Below, in pieces: positions 49,237 through 58,637 of a stretch of 64,000 nt of DNA; positions within the stretch are counted from its first letter, which is position 1, and each line of letters starts with the position of its first letter. Below the pieces are notes generated by a model that was not told the DNA's origin, searched no databases, and saw only the letters and a list, made by a program, of their open reading frames with translations. The stretch is from contig JAYKHS010000022.1 in assembly GCA_035285865.1 (NCBI GenBank), forward strand, positions 64,001 to 128,000, given 5' to 3'. This DNA comes from Candidatus Sericytochromatia bacterium (GTDB lineage Bacteria > Cyanobacteriota > Sericytochromatia > S15B-MN24 > VGJW01). Both the position numbers and the translations under genes were made by a program.

Positions 49237-49769
49237 TGGCCGCCTCCGGCCGATGCGGCCGCGATGGCCATGCGCGCCTCGACTTCCTGCTGGAAGCGTT
49301 CGACCTCCTCGGGTGCCATGCCGATCTGCTGGACCTGGCTCAAGGGCATCGCCTTGTCTGTGAAGGTATTGCCTTCGTGATCCACGCCCCGCAGGACGAC
49401 CTTGAGTTCGCCCTCGACGCGGCGGATCTCCTGGATGGTGCCCATCGAGCGGGTGATCTTGTCCGGCCCTGCGTAGACCACCTTCCCGATCAACGAGGCC
49501 GACGAGGCCATCGTCTGCAGCTGCTGGGCATCTGCCTGGTTGCGGTTGAAGGTCTCGAAGCTCTTGTTCAGGGCCTGCATCTGGTTCAGACTGCTGAATT
49601 GGGCCATCTGGGCAATGAAGGCCGTGTCCTCGACGGGCTTCATCGGATCCTGGGACTTCAGCTGGGTGATCAGGAGCTTGAGGAACTCCTCCTGCCCCAG
49701 TTGCTTGGGGTTGGGAATGGACGACGGCGCCCCGGTCTGGGGGGCGACGCTGGCGATGGCTCCTGGCAT
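49233..49769 (-). CDS. flgD: Hook capping protein FlgD
   Basis: LGQEEFLKLLITQLKSQDPMKP..FIAQMAQFSSL. Confidence 0.94.
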   Translation of the reverse strand: MPGAIASVAPQTGAPSSIPNPKQLGQEEFLKLLITQLKSQDPMKPVEDTAFIAQMAQFSSLNQMQALNKSFETFNRNQADAQQLQTMASSASLIGKVVYAGPDKITRSMGTIQEIRRVEGELKVVLRGVDHEGNTFTDKAMPLSQVQQIGMAPEEVERFQQEVEARMAIAAASAGGGQ

Positions 49770-49783
49770 CTGTCCCGATCCTC

Positions 49784-51355
49784 CTACGCGATATCCTGCA
49801 TGTCGGCAGGAAGGCCGGCCTCATTGAGGGCTTGTTGCCAAGCATCTGTCTCGCGGCGTGCGGGTTGTTCCCGACCTTGCTGCTGCCGTTCGCGATCCTG
49901 GGCGCCCTGCTGGAAGGCCTGCTGGCCCTGGTCGTCTGTTCCCTGCGCCCCGCGCCACACGACCTCCAGGCGGTCGACGCGGATCCCTTGGTCCACGAGC
50001 GTTTGCCGGACCTGGTCCAGTTGCCGCCCGATCAGGTCTCGGGCGTCCTCGCTGTCGACGTGCAGCGTCGCCCGGACCCCGCCGCCGACGAGTGCGACGC
50101 GAAGTTGGACTTCCCCGAGGGCCTCGGGCCTGAGCGTCATCCGGATCGAGCGTGGGCCGGTGCGCACGGCTTCCTGGACCTCGGCAGCGATGGTTCGCGC
50201 CACGGGCGCGCTCCCCCGGTCGCTACGCGGGCCAGCCGCCTCACGGGCTCCGGAAGTCACCGGTCCGATGGCCTGTGGCATACCATCGTCCGCAAGATCA
50301 GTGGTCGGCGCAAGGGCACTCTGGTCACGGTTGGCCGTGTCCCCGCCGCTCAGGTTCTCCCGAGGCCGATCGCCTGACTGTCCCGACACCTTGAGGTCCG
50401 CAAGGCCGACATCGGGAATCGAGGTCACGCGAGGGCCGGTGCCTTCCGTCCCACGGTCCGTGCCCTCTTCTCGGCTCTTTTTCAATCCCTCCTCGACACC
50501 TGCGTGACGGGCGATCGTGCGCACGTCGCTTTGCGCCGCGGTCAGGGCGGACGCTGCCTTGCCGATTGCTCCGGGGGCCTCACCCACGCCCTGCCCGATT
50601 GCAGCGTTCGGGGCGTCGGTACTTCCACCGACCGGCCTTGACGCTGCCTCGGCCAGAGGGATGGATGAGCTCGTGCCGGCGGGCTTCTCGTATGGGCTTG
50701 CCACGGTGGGAAGTGTGCCGGCTGAATCGAGCTTCACGGTCAGGTCGGCCACATGGCTGGCGCTGTCCTCGCTTGGTGCTTCTGCCGCTTCGACGTGCCC
50801 CTCGGGACGGCATACCGCGACGGTCGCTGCCAGCAGGGCAAGCAACTCGGGGGCGAGTGCTTCGCGGCTCGTGACCTCGACCGTAGCATCGCGCGCATCG
50901 ACATCTGCTGCAAGGTGGACATCCTGTGCCGTGGCCTCGACGTCGGCCTGGCGCGCGTCCTGCGCCTTGGTCGACCCTTCGTGGCGTTCTGCCGTCGCGC
51001 GCACTTGCCCCGCCGAATACGGCGTGCGCGGAGCTCCGGCCTCAAGGGCCTTTCGACCGTCGGCTCCCCGTGCGTCGGACCGGGAGGCGTGCGCGGTCGG
51101 TCGGCCCACCTCACGCAAGGATTGAGCAGGGTTGAAAGCCGGGCGTTCTGCCGAGCACCCCGGAGATCCCGGCTTCGGACGGGGCTGAGTCGGGCGAGCG
51201 ACGGACTGTCGTGCCTGCACATGCTGCAAGGTCTTGCGGACTTCCTCCCGGAAGGCCTGGGTCGCCTTCGGGGAGGTCATCGGGGATACGGCATCGGGCA
51301 GGGCTTGTTGCCACTGGCCCAGAGAGGCGTGGGCACGGAGATCGACCGGCGTCAT
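49784..51355 (-). CDS. fliK: Hook-length control protein FliK
   Basis: Low-complexity N-terminus; C-terminal MTLRPEALGEVQLR..LVDQGI and Q-rich tail. Confidence 0.85.
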   Translation of the reverse strand: MTPVDLRAHASLGQWQQALPDAVSPMTSPKATQAFREEVRKTLQHVQARQSVARPTQPRPKPGSPGCSAERPAFNPAQSLREVGRPTAHASRSDARGADGRKALEAGAPRTPYSAGQVRATAERHEGSTKAQDARQADVEATAQDVHLAADVDARDATVEVTSREALAPELLALLAATVAVCRPEGHVEAAEAPSEDSASHVADLTVKLDSAGTLPTVASPYEKPAGTSSSIPLAEAASRPVGGSTDAPNAAIGQGVGEAPGAIGKAASALTAAQSDVRTIARHAGVEEGLKKSREEGTDRGTEGTGPRVTSIPDVGLADLKVSGQSGDRPRENLSGGDTANRDQSALAPTTDLADDGMPQAIGPVTSGAREAAGPRSDRGSAPVARTIAAEVQEAVRTGPRSIRMTLRPEALGEVQLRVALVGGGVRATLHVDSEDARDLIGRQLDQVRQTLVDQGIRVDRLEVVWRGAQGTDDQGQQAFQQGAQDRERQQQGREQPARRETDAWQQALNEAGLPADMQDIA

Positions 51356-51386
51356 GGAAGGTCCTCGTGGATGGCGATATGGCCTT

Positions 51387-51413
51387 CCATCGGCAGGAGC
51401 CGGCGAATCTAAA
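51387..51413 (-). promoter_or_regulatory. Possible internal sigma28 promoter before fliK
   Basis: TTTA-N15-GCCGATGG at the fliJ/fliK junction. Confidence 0.4.
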
Positions 51414-51876
51414 GGATTTCCGGGCGGGAGTCCTTGCGCATATGCGCCTGTGTGGCCAGTTCGTCGAGCAGGACGCGCTCCGCGTGCTCGAGGCCGTTCA
51501 GCCAGTCGAGATGTTGCTTGTCCTTCAGGCGCGAGACGACCTCACGCGCACGGCGGGTCGTCAGCCATGCCTCACGCGCTTGGGCGACGTCGCGAGAGGC
51601 CTGGGAGAGTGCGGCTTCACATGCGCCGATGCGATGGTCCAGCGTGCGCTCCCAGGCGCCTTCGTCTTGAACCGCACGCAGGTCGAGCGTGCCTTCCTGG
51701 CGCCGCGCAAGCGCCTCGGCGGCCGCCTGACGCCGATGTTCCCGAGCCACATCGAGGGCTCGGGAGACCTCGCGTTCCTGCGCCAGTGCCGTCAAATGAA
51801 GGCGCTCGGCCTCCTCCTCCGCACGCGTGCGCAGGCGCAGCAGACCCTCCAGGCGAAAGCGGAAGACCTTGGCCAT
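51409..51876 (-). CDS. fliJ: Flagellar export chaperone FliJ
   Basis: FRFRLEGLLRLR N-terminus, coiled coil, LDELA C-terminus; follows fliI. Confidence 0.85.
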   Translation of the reverse strand: MAKVFRFRLEGLLRLRTRAEEEAERLHLTALAQEREVSRALDVAREHRRQAAAEALARRQEGTLDLRAVQDEGAWERTLDHRIGACEAALSQASRDVAQAREAWLTTRRAREVVSRLKDKQHLDWLNGLEHAERVLLDELATQAHMRKDSRPEIL

Positions 51877-53198
51877 CAGCGGGTAGCCAGACCCTCAAGG
51901 CGGGCCATGGTTTCGGCGAAACCCGTGGCTTCATGGCGATCCTGACGCAGGAAGGCGTCGATTTCGGGGCGCAGGGCGATGGCCCGGTCGACGGCCATAT
52001 CGCTTCCCGGGACATAGGCGCCCAGCGTGATGATGTCCCTGTTCTCCTGCCAGGTGGCCAGGCGCTCGCGCAGGACGGCAGCGTGACCCAGCGCGTTCGC
52101 CGGCTGGATCAGCGGCTGCACGCGCGAGATGCTCTGCAGGACGTCGATGGCCGGGTAGTGGTTCTGGGCGGCAAGCTGGCGGGAGAGGATCACGTGGCCA
52201 TCCAAGATGCCGCGCACCGCATCCGAGATGGGTTCGTTGAAGTCGTCGGCATCGACGAGCACCGTGTAAAGCCCCGTGATGCCGCCCGTCGCGCCCATGC
52301 CCGCGCGTTCCAGCAGGCGCGGCAAGAGCGCGAAGACGCTGGGCGTATAGCCTTTGGTGGCCGGTGGCTCTCCGGTGGCGAGACCGACCTCCCGCTGGGC
52401 CATCGCGAAGCGTGTTACAGAATCCATCATCAGCAGGACTCGAGCCCCCATGTCCCGGAAGGCCTCAGCCATGGCGGTGGCGACGAAGGCACCCTTGAGC
52501 CGCACGAGGGCCGGTGCATCGCTGGTGGCGACCACCACGACGCTGCGCGCCAGTCCGGCTGCGCCCAGATCCTCTTCGAGGAACTCGCGGACCTCACGGC
52601 CTCGTTCGCCGATGAGCGCGATGACATTGACATCGGCCTCGGCTTGGCGGGCGAGCATGCCAAGGAGCGTGCTCTTGCCAACGCCCGAGCCGGCAAAGAT
52701 GCCGAGCCGTTGCCCGTAGCCCACCGTGAGCAGGGCATCGAGTGCACGCACGCCTGTCGCCATGGGAGTCAGGATGCGCTGGCGTTCCAAGGGATTGGGG
52801 GGGGGCCGGTCCACGGACACCCAGTGGGTGGCCGCGAGGGGGCCCTTGCCGTCGATGGGCTGGCCGAGGCCGTCGACGATCCGGCCGAGCAGGCCTTCCC
52901 CTACCGGAACCCGCAGCCCGTGGCCCGTGCCCCTGACCCGAGCGCCCGGTGCCACGCCGGCCAAGGGGCCCAGCGGCATCAGCAGCAGGCGACCATCCCG
53001 GAAGCCGACCACTTCTGTCGGCACCTTGGGGCCCTCGCCGGCGTCCACGAGGCAGACTTCTCCCATCCGTGCCGGTGGCCCCTCCGTCTCGAGCACAAGC
53101 CCCACCACCTGCACCACCGTGCCTTCGAAGCGGATGGGGTCCGTGTCCGCGATGCGCTGCCGCCAGCCGGCCAGCAGCGGGGCCAGCGGCTGAGTCAA
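51876..53198 (-). CDS. fliI: Flagellar export ATPase FliI
   Basis: GIFAGSGVGKST, IGERGREV, MDSVTRFA, GEPPATKGY. TTG start overlapping the fliH stop. Confidence 0.97.
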   Translation of the reverse strand: MTQPLAPLLAGWRQRIADTDPIRFEGTVVQVVGLVLETEGPPARMGEVCLVDAGEGPKVPTEVVGFRDGRLLLMPLGPLAGVAPGARVRGTGHGLRVPVGEGLLGRIVDGLGQPIDGKGPLAATHWVSVDRPPPNPLERQRILTPMATGVRALDALLTVGYGQRLGIFAGSGVGKSTLLGMLARQAEADVNVIALIGERGREVREFLEEDLGAAGLARSVVVVATSDAPALVRLKGAFVATAMAEAFRDMGARVLLMMDSVTRFAMAQREVGLATGEPPATKGYTPSVFALLPRLLERAGMGATGGITGLYTVLVDADDFNEPISDAVRGILDGHVILSRQLAAQNHYPAIDVLQSISRVQPLIQPANALGHAAVLRERLATWQENRDIITLGAYVPGSDMAVDRAIALRPEIDAFLRQDRHEATGFAETMARLEGLATR

Positions 53199-54013
53199 GA
53201 CAGCCAGCCTCCGCTGCGCTTGGGTTGGAGCGCGGGACGAGATGCCACAGGCTTGTCCTCGCTTACGGCTGCCCGGGTGGCGGCTTGAGGCTCGACGGGT
53301 GGCGGCACCACCAAGGGTTGTTCGGGAATCGTGGGTGCCGTCTGGTCCATTTCGGCTGCCAACTCCTGCAGCATCGGCTGCAGCCGTGCGTCGGCGACAC
53401 ACCAGTCGAAGGTCACCCGGACATCTCCGGGACGAAGGTCCGGGTCGGGGGCCAAGCGGATGGTGCCCCATCGCGGGTGGATCACGCTCCCGCCAAGAGC
53501 CTCGACGAGCGGCGCTGCCACGCGGATCTCCACGGCGTGACCCCGCGCGAGTCTATCAAGAGCCTGGATGGCCAACTGGCGCGTGGTCTCGGGCTGGCTT
53601 GCTTCGCGCCCGAGAATGCGCGCCGCGAGCGCGAGGGCCAGCCCCGACAGCTCCGCTTCGAGGCCATCGACCAGCTGTTCGCGTGCCCCGAGAATCGCGT
53701 CGGCTGCCTGTTGCACCTGATCGAGTGCGCCCTGCCAGCGTTCTTGCCACGCAGCGCTGACCTCGGCCAGAGCTTGTTCCCGGGCTTGGGCCAGTCCGGC
53801 ACGGTGTGCCTCGGCACGAATCTGGGCGGCCTCGACCGTCGCTTCGGCCAGCATGCGCTGGCGGGCAGCCTCGGCCTCACCGGTGATGCGGGCCTTGAGC
53901 TTCTCCCCGTCCTCCGCCGAGAAGGTGACCTTCGGGCCTGGGATATTCTGGCTGCGCTCGGTGACGGGGATATCCCGGAACACCTTGGGCGAGCGGAAGG
54001 GCGATCCTTCCAT
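53195..54013 (-). CDS. fliH: Flagellar assembly protein FliH
   Basis: AxxxG helical repeat, LALALAARIL, DPDLRPGD..DAR; between fliG and fliI. Confidence 0.8.
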   Translation of the reverse strand: MEGSPFRSPKVFRDIPVTERSQNIPGPKVTFSAEDGEKLKARITGEAEAARQRMLAEATVEAAQIRAEAHRAGLAQAREQALAEVSAAWQERWQGALDQVQQAADAILGAREQLVDGLEAELSGLALALAARILGREASQPETTRQLAIQALDRLARGHAVEIRVAAPLVEALGGSVIHPRWGTIRLAPDPDLRPGDVRVTFDWCVADARLQPMLQELAAEMDQTAPTIPEQPLVVPPPVEPQAATRAAVSEDKPVASRPALQPKRSGGWLS

Positions 54014-54017
54014 CGGC

Positions 54018-55031
54018 CTAGCTCAACAACTCGTCGCCACCACCGCGGCTGATGACGATCTCGCCTCGTTCCTCGAGGGCACGGATGTGCGCCACGACCT
54101 TTTGCTGGACTTCCTCGACGTCGCGGACGCGCACGGGACCCATGTATTCGAGCTCGTCCCGGATCATCTTGCCCATGCGTTCCGACATGTTCTTGAAGAT
54201 ACGACCCCGGACCTCTTCGTTGGCGCCCTTGAGCGCCATCGCCAACTCCTTGCCGTCCACGTCCCGCAGGATGCGCTGGATAGAACGGTCGTCGAGCAGG
54301 ATGATGTCCTCGAAGACGAACATCAGCTTCTTGATTTCCTCGGCCAGATCGGGGTTCATCTCCTCGAGCGACTCGATGATGGTCTTTTCCGTGCCGCGAT
54401 CGACGCGGTTCAGGACTTCGACGACCGCCTTGACTCCGCCCGCTGCGTTGAAGTCCTGAGAGGCGACGGAGGCGAATTTGCGCTCGAGCACGCGCTCAAC
54501 CTCCTTGAGGACGGCCGGCGTGGTCCTATCCATCTCGGCAATTCGGGTCGCGACCTCGGTCTGGATGTCCGCAGCCAGGCCCGAAAGCACGAGCGCGGCC
54601 TGGCCCGGCCGCAGGTAGCTCAGGATCAGTGCGATGGTCTGGGGGTGTTCCGCCTGGATGAAGTTCAGGACCTGCGTGGCGTCAGCCTGGCGGATGAACT
54701 CGAAGGGCTGGCTTGTCAGCGACGAGGCTAGCTTGCTGAGCATCTCGTCGGCCTTCTCCTGGCCGAGCGCCTTGTTGAGCAGGCTTTTCGCGTAGGGCAG
54801 ACCGCCCTGGGTGATGTACTTGTTGGCCTGAAGGACGTGATAGAACTCCTCGAGCAGTTCCTCGGTGGTATCGGCCGGGATTTTGCCCAAGTTGGCGATC
54901 TCGAGCGTCAGTTGCTCGATCTCTTCCGGACTGCCGAGGTTACGCAGGATGTCTGCCGAGACGTCGGGTCCCAGCGCCACCATGAGGGCCGCTGCCTTCT
55001 TGCGGCCGTTCAGTTCGATCTTGTTGCGCAT
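54018..55031 (-). CDS. fliG: Flagellar motor switch protein FliG
   Basis: EHPQTIALILS, MFVFED, NMSER, GPVRVRDVE. Confidence 0.98.
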   Translation of the reverse strand: MRNKIELNGRKKAAALMVALGPDVSADILRNLGSPEEIEQLTLEIANLGKIPADTTEELLEEFYHVLQANKYITQGGLPYAKSLLNKALGQEKADEMLSKLASSLTSQPFEFIRQADATQVLNFIQAEHPQTIALILSYLRPGQAALVLSGLAADIQTEVATRIAEMDRTTPAVLKEVERVLERKFASVASQDFNAAGGVKAVVEVLNRVDRGTEKTIIESLEEMNPDLAEEIKKLMFVFEDIILLDDRSIQRILRDVDGKELAMALKGANEEVRGRIFKNMSERMGKMIRDELEYMGPVRVRDVEEVQQKVVAHIRALEERGEIVISRGGGDELLS

Positions 55032-55034
55032 GGA

Positions 55035-56615
55035 CTAGCGATCGTCCTCGAGCATCCATGTCCGGACCAGCCTTGCGACCTCCTGCGGTTGCGCCTTGAC
55101 GACCTTGGATATCTCGCGTTGGAGGTGGGTACGCCGATCTTCCTCGCCAAGGACAATCTCCGCGACGTTGATGCCGGCCTTTTCGGCCGGAGTCTGCAAG
55201 GTGGCCAGCAGTTCGTCCTCCCGGGCCCGAAGGCCGCGGCGCAGCAGGAACAGCGCGACGAGCGCGACGAGGACCGCCCCCAGGATCTTGGCCAAGTTGA
55301 GGAGCTGGGCGCGCTCGCCTTCGGCAAGGATCTCGGCCTCGGCGTCCTTGGCTGCCTTGTCGTTGAAGGGAATGGCCGCCACCACCAGGGTGTCGCCACG
55401 GTTCAGATCGATGCCAGAAGCGGCGGCGATCATGTCCTTCATGCTCTGCTGCTGTTCCTCGGGGATTTCGCCGTTGACCGCCACCGAGACGGACAGGCGG
55501 CGCAGCTCGGCGGGCGGCTTGGTCTGGCGCTTGACCTCCTTGTTCATCTCGAAGTTGCGCGTGACGTCGCTGCGCCTGTAGTTGCCGTTGTCCCCGAGAG
55601 ACTCGGAGGCCTGGTAGCTGGGGATGTTGGTGGTCGTGCCCGGGGCACCGGCGATGGACGGGGCACGGCCCTGATACTCCTCGACCGACTCGCGCTGGCT
55701 GCGCAGCAGGCCCGAGCGGGTGCCGTCCGGTGCCTGAAGGATGGGTTGGAAGATTTCCTGATCGACCTCGATGCGGTTGAAGTCGAAGTCGGCCTGAACC
55801 TGCACGACGGAGTTGCCCAAGCCCAGGACGCGGTCGAGCATCGCTTGCAGGTTCTTGCGGATGGCTGCCTCGTAGCTGCGTTTGGTCTCGAGTTGGCCCG
55901 CGCTCATCAGCGCATTGTCGTCGCCGAGGTTGAGGTCCTCTGAGTAGTTGTGTCCGGCCGTGTCTGCCACGAGGACGTTCTGGGTCTTCATCCGCTCGAC
56001 CGAGCCTGCGACGAGATGCACGATTGTCCGAGCCTGCTCGGGTGTCAGGGCCTTGCCCGTCTTGAGCTTGAGGAGGACGGTGGCGCTTGGCTCGTTGACC
56101 GCATCATTGTCGGAATAGAGCGAGGGTTCGGGGAGAGCAAGCGTCACGCGGGCCGTCTCCACGACGCTCATCTGCTTGATGGTTCGCGCAAGCTCGCCCT
56201 GCAGGCCGCGCTTGGCGTTCAGGCGCATCATCGCATCGGTTTGGCCGAGCGTGCCGCCCTTGTCGAAGAGTTCCTCGAAGCCCAACTGCCCGCCGCCGGT
56301 GGGCAGACCCTTCTGGGCCATCTGCAGCCGGACCTCGGCGACTCTGCCTGCCGGCACGCTGATGCGACGGCCATCCGGGCTGACCTGGTAGGGAATCTGG
56401 GCCGTTTGCAACTCGGCGATTACAGCTCCGGCGTCGGCGTCCTCGAGATTGGCATACAACGGCTGGAAGTCCGGAGCCTGGGACCAGACCACCAGGGCGA
56501 CCAGGCCGGCGATGGCCGTGGCGAGGACGCCACCCAGCATGACTCGTTGGCTCTGACCAAGACCTTCCCAAATCCGGCCAAGGTCGATCCACGCCCGCTT
56601 GATGAAAGCGTTCAA
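55035..56615 (-). CDS. fliF: MS-ring protein FliF
   Basis: LGFEELFD, LQGELARTI, PSATVLL, LVAGSV, two TMs. Confidence 0.95.
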   Translation of the reverse strand: MNAFIKRAWIDLGRIWEGLGQSQRVMLGGVLATAIAGLVALVVWSQAPDFQPLYANLEDADAGAVIAELQTAQIPYQVSPDGRRISVPAGRVAEVRLQMAQKGLPTGGGQLGFEELFDKGGTLGQTDAMMRLNAKRGLQGELARTIKQMSVVETARVTLALPEPSLYSDNDAVNEPSATVLLKLKTGKALTPEQARTIVHLVAGSVERMKTQNVLVADTAGHNYSEDLNLGDDNALMSAGQLETKRSYEAAIRKNLQAMLDRVLGLGNSVVQVQADFDFNRIEVDQEIFQPILQAPDGTRSGLLRSQRESVEEYQGRAPSIAGAPGTTTNIPSYQASESLGDNGNYRRSDVTRNFEMNKEVKRQTKPPAELRRLSVSVAVNGEIPEEQQQSMKDMIAAASGIDLNRGDTLVVAAIPFNDKAAKDAEAEILAEGERAQLLNLAKILGAVLVALVALFLLRRGLRAREDELLATLQTPAEKAGINVAEIVLGEEDRRTHLQREISKVVKAQPQEVARLVRTWMLEDDR

Positions 56616-56652
56616 GCGGCCTCAACCCCGATTGATGCAGGCACGACGGGAC

Positions 56653-57063
56653 TCATACCTGCATCCGCGAAACTTCCTGGTAGGCCTCCAGGATTCGGTT
56701 GCGGAGCTGCATGGTCAGCTGCAGAGCCACGGCCCCTTTTTCTGAGGCCACCATCACGTCGTGGAAATCGACGTCCTCGCCGGCCACCAGGCGCTCCTGC
56801 ATTTCGCCCGCGTTGTTGAGCGAGGTGTTGACCTCTCCCAGAAAGTCTTCGAGGGGCTTCAGGATGGCCCCGCGTGCGTCGCGAGCGGAGGCGGCTGCAG
56901 CAGGCCCCAGACGGATGGTGCCACGGTCCGGCAAGGCAATGTCACCGGCACTGCCCTGAACAGGTGCCAGTCCATCGACGAAGTCCGAGAAGCCCGCAGC
57001 CGGCACCGCCGTTCTCGGGCGATGGATGGCGGCCGGAAGCGGGCCGATGGGACCGAGTTCCAC
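56653..57063 (-). CDS. fliE: Hook-basal body protein FliE
   Basis: HDVMVASEKG..LRNRILEAYQEVSRMQV. Confidence 0.93.
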   Translation of the reverse strand: MELGPIGPLPAAIHRPRTAVPAAGFSDFVDGLAPVQGSAGDIALPDRGTIRLGPAAAASARDARGAILKPLEDFLGEVNTSLNNAGEMQERLVAGEDVDFHDVMVASEKGAVALQLTMQLRNRILEAYQEVSRMQV

Positions 57064-57068
57064 GGGGC

Positions 57069-57458
57069 TCAGATCTCCAGAGCCTTGCGGGCCATTTCCT
57101 TCATCGCGCCTGCGGCCGTGATGTTGGCCTCGTAGCTGCGACTGGCCGAGATTAGGTCCGTCATCTCGGTGATGGAGTTGACGTTGGGCATGCGGACGTA
57201 ACCGGCCTCATCGGCATCCGGGTTTCCCGGATCGTAGATGCGGGGGAAGGGCGTTTTGTCCTGGGCGATTTCGAAGACGTCGACGCCCGGCAACTTGCCC
57301 TGACGTGCCCGGAAATGCACGATTTGCCGGCGAAAAGGCTCGCCCGCGTCGGTTCGGGTGGTGTTGACGTTGGCGAGGTTCGCGGAGATCACGTCCAGCC
57401 GGAAACGCTGGGCCGTGAGGCCGCTGGCGGCGATGTCGAGACCGTCGAAGGCACCCAT
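57069..57458 (-). CDS. flgC: Proximal rod protein FlgC
   Basis: ASGLTAQR..NLANVNTTR, YDPGNPDAD..MPNVN, SRSYEAN. Confidence 0.96.
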   Translation of the reverse strand: MGAFDGLDIAASGLTAQRFRLDVISANLANVNTTRTDAGEPFRRQIVHFRARQGKLPGVDVFEIAQDKTPFPRIYDPGNPDADEAGYVRMPNVNSITEMTDLISASRSYEANITAAGAMKEMARKALEI

Positions 57459-57460
57459 GG

Positions 57461-57868
57461 TCAGCTCCCCCGGATCACGGACTTGAGGCCCTCGAACTGA
57501 CGCTTGGTCAGCTCGGCCACGTAGCTGTAGGACAGTTGGTTCTTGGCCAATGACGTCATTTCGACGTCGACGTCGACGTTGTTCCCGTCGTTGCGCAGCG
57601 TCGACGAACGGTCCCGCGACTCCACCGGGCGGACCTCGTAGGCGCTTGCCGGACCGAGTCGGAAGTGGGCCGGCGTCGTCGCCGCGAGGTCTGCGGCCCG
57701 ATGGTGGCGCACGAACTGCATTTGCTCCTCGAAGGCGACTCGCCTGGCCTTGTAGCCCGGGGTGTCCAGGTTCGAGAGGTTTTCAGCGATGGCTTCGCCC
57801 CGCTCCTGCAGGCCGTGCAGAGCGGCTTCGAACATGGCGGTCTTCTTTCCGAAGAGTCCGTCCAGCAC
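57461..57868 (-). CDS. flgB: Proximal rod protein FlgB
   Basis: NLSNLDTPGYKA, RNDGNNVDVDVEM; GTG start with GGAGG RBS. Confidence 0.95.
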   Translation of the reverse strand: MLDGLFGKKTAMFEAALHGLQERGEAIAENLSNLDTPGYKARRVAFEEQMQFVRHHRAADLAATTPAHFRLGPASAYEVRPVESRDRSSTLRNDGNNVDVDVEMTSLAKNQLSYSYVAELTKRQFEGLKSVIRGS

Positions 57869-57937
57869 GCACAACCTCCAGGGGCCCTGGGCCAAGGGGC
57901 CAGCCACGCTCAGGGGATTCATACCCCCCGGAGAACG

Positions 57938-57966
57938 ATCTTATGTCGGACAGGCGCCCTGTTCAA
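57938..57966 (-). promoter_or_regulatory. sigma70-type promoter of the fla/che operon
   Basis: TTGAAC-N17-TAAGAT upstream of flgB, overlapped by a CGACATAAG motif. Confidence 0.6.
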
Positions 57967-58637
57967 GGGGTCTGGCGGATTTCGTCCACCCAGCCGAGGA
58001 GCTTCTCCAGCAAGGTCGGCACATCCTGGCCGTCGGTCAGCAGATGACGTGCGTCCGCAGCCGGTCGCAGCGGCGCGACATCGCGCCCGGAGTCCAGGGC
58101 ATCCCGTGCCACGAGCTCCTGCTCGAGCGCCGCGACATCGACCGACCGTCCGGCACGCTCCAATTCGGCGGCGCGACGTTGCGCCCGGACGCTCGGGGAT
58201 GCCGTGACGTAGACTTTGAGCGGTGCTGCGGGGAACACCACCGTACCCATGTCCCGGCCCTCGGCGACCAGATCCCGATCGCTGCCGAGCCGGCGCTGCT
58301 CGGCCACCATCGCCTCGCGTACCTCGGCCACCGCCGCAACGATCGAGACCCTGCCTGTCACCTCGGCCGAGCGAATGGCTTCCGTGACATCGCGGCCATC
58401 CGCCTCGACCCGTGTACCATCCGGCCCGGGCGTCAGCGACAGGCGCAGCGCGTGGGCGAGCACTCCCAGGGCTTTCGTGTCGTCGAGGTCGATGTCCCGT
58501 TCCAGCGCCGCCCAGGTCACGGCGCGGTACATCGCCCCGGTGTCCAGGTAGGTCCAGCCCAAAGTCCGCGCCAGATGGCGGGCGAGGGTGCTCTTGCCGG
58601 CACCGGCGGGGCCGTCGAGGGTCACGATATGCGGCAT
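57963..58637 (-). CDS. cmk: Cytidylate kinase
   Basis: LDGPAGAGKST, YLDTGAMYRA, VAEGRDMGTVVFP, RDALDSGR. Confidence 0.96.
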   Translation of the reverse strand: MPHIVTLDGPAGAGKSTLARHLARTLGWTYLDTGAMYRAVTWAALERDIDLDDTKALGVLAHALRLSLTPGPDGTRVEADGRDVTEAIRSAEVTGRVSIVAAVAEVREAMVAEQRRLGSDRDLVAEGRDMGTVVFPAAPLKVYVTASPSVRAQRRAAELERAGRSVDVAALEQELVARDALDSGRDVAPLRPAADARHLLTDGQDVPTLLEKLLGWVDEIRQTP

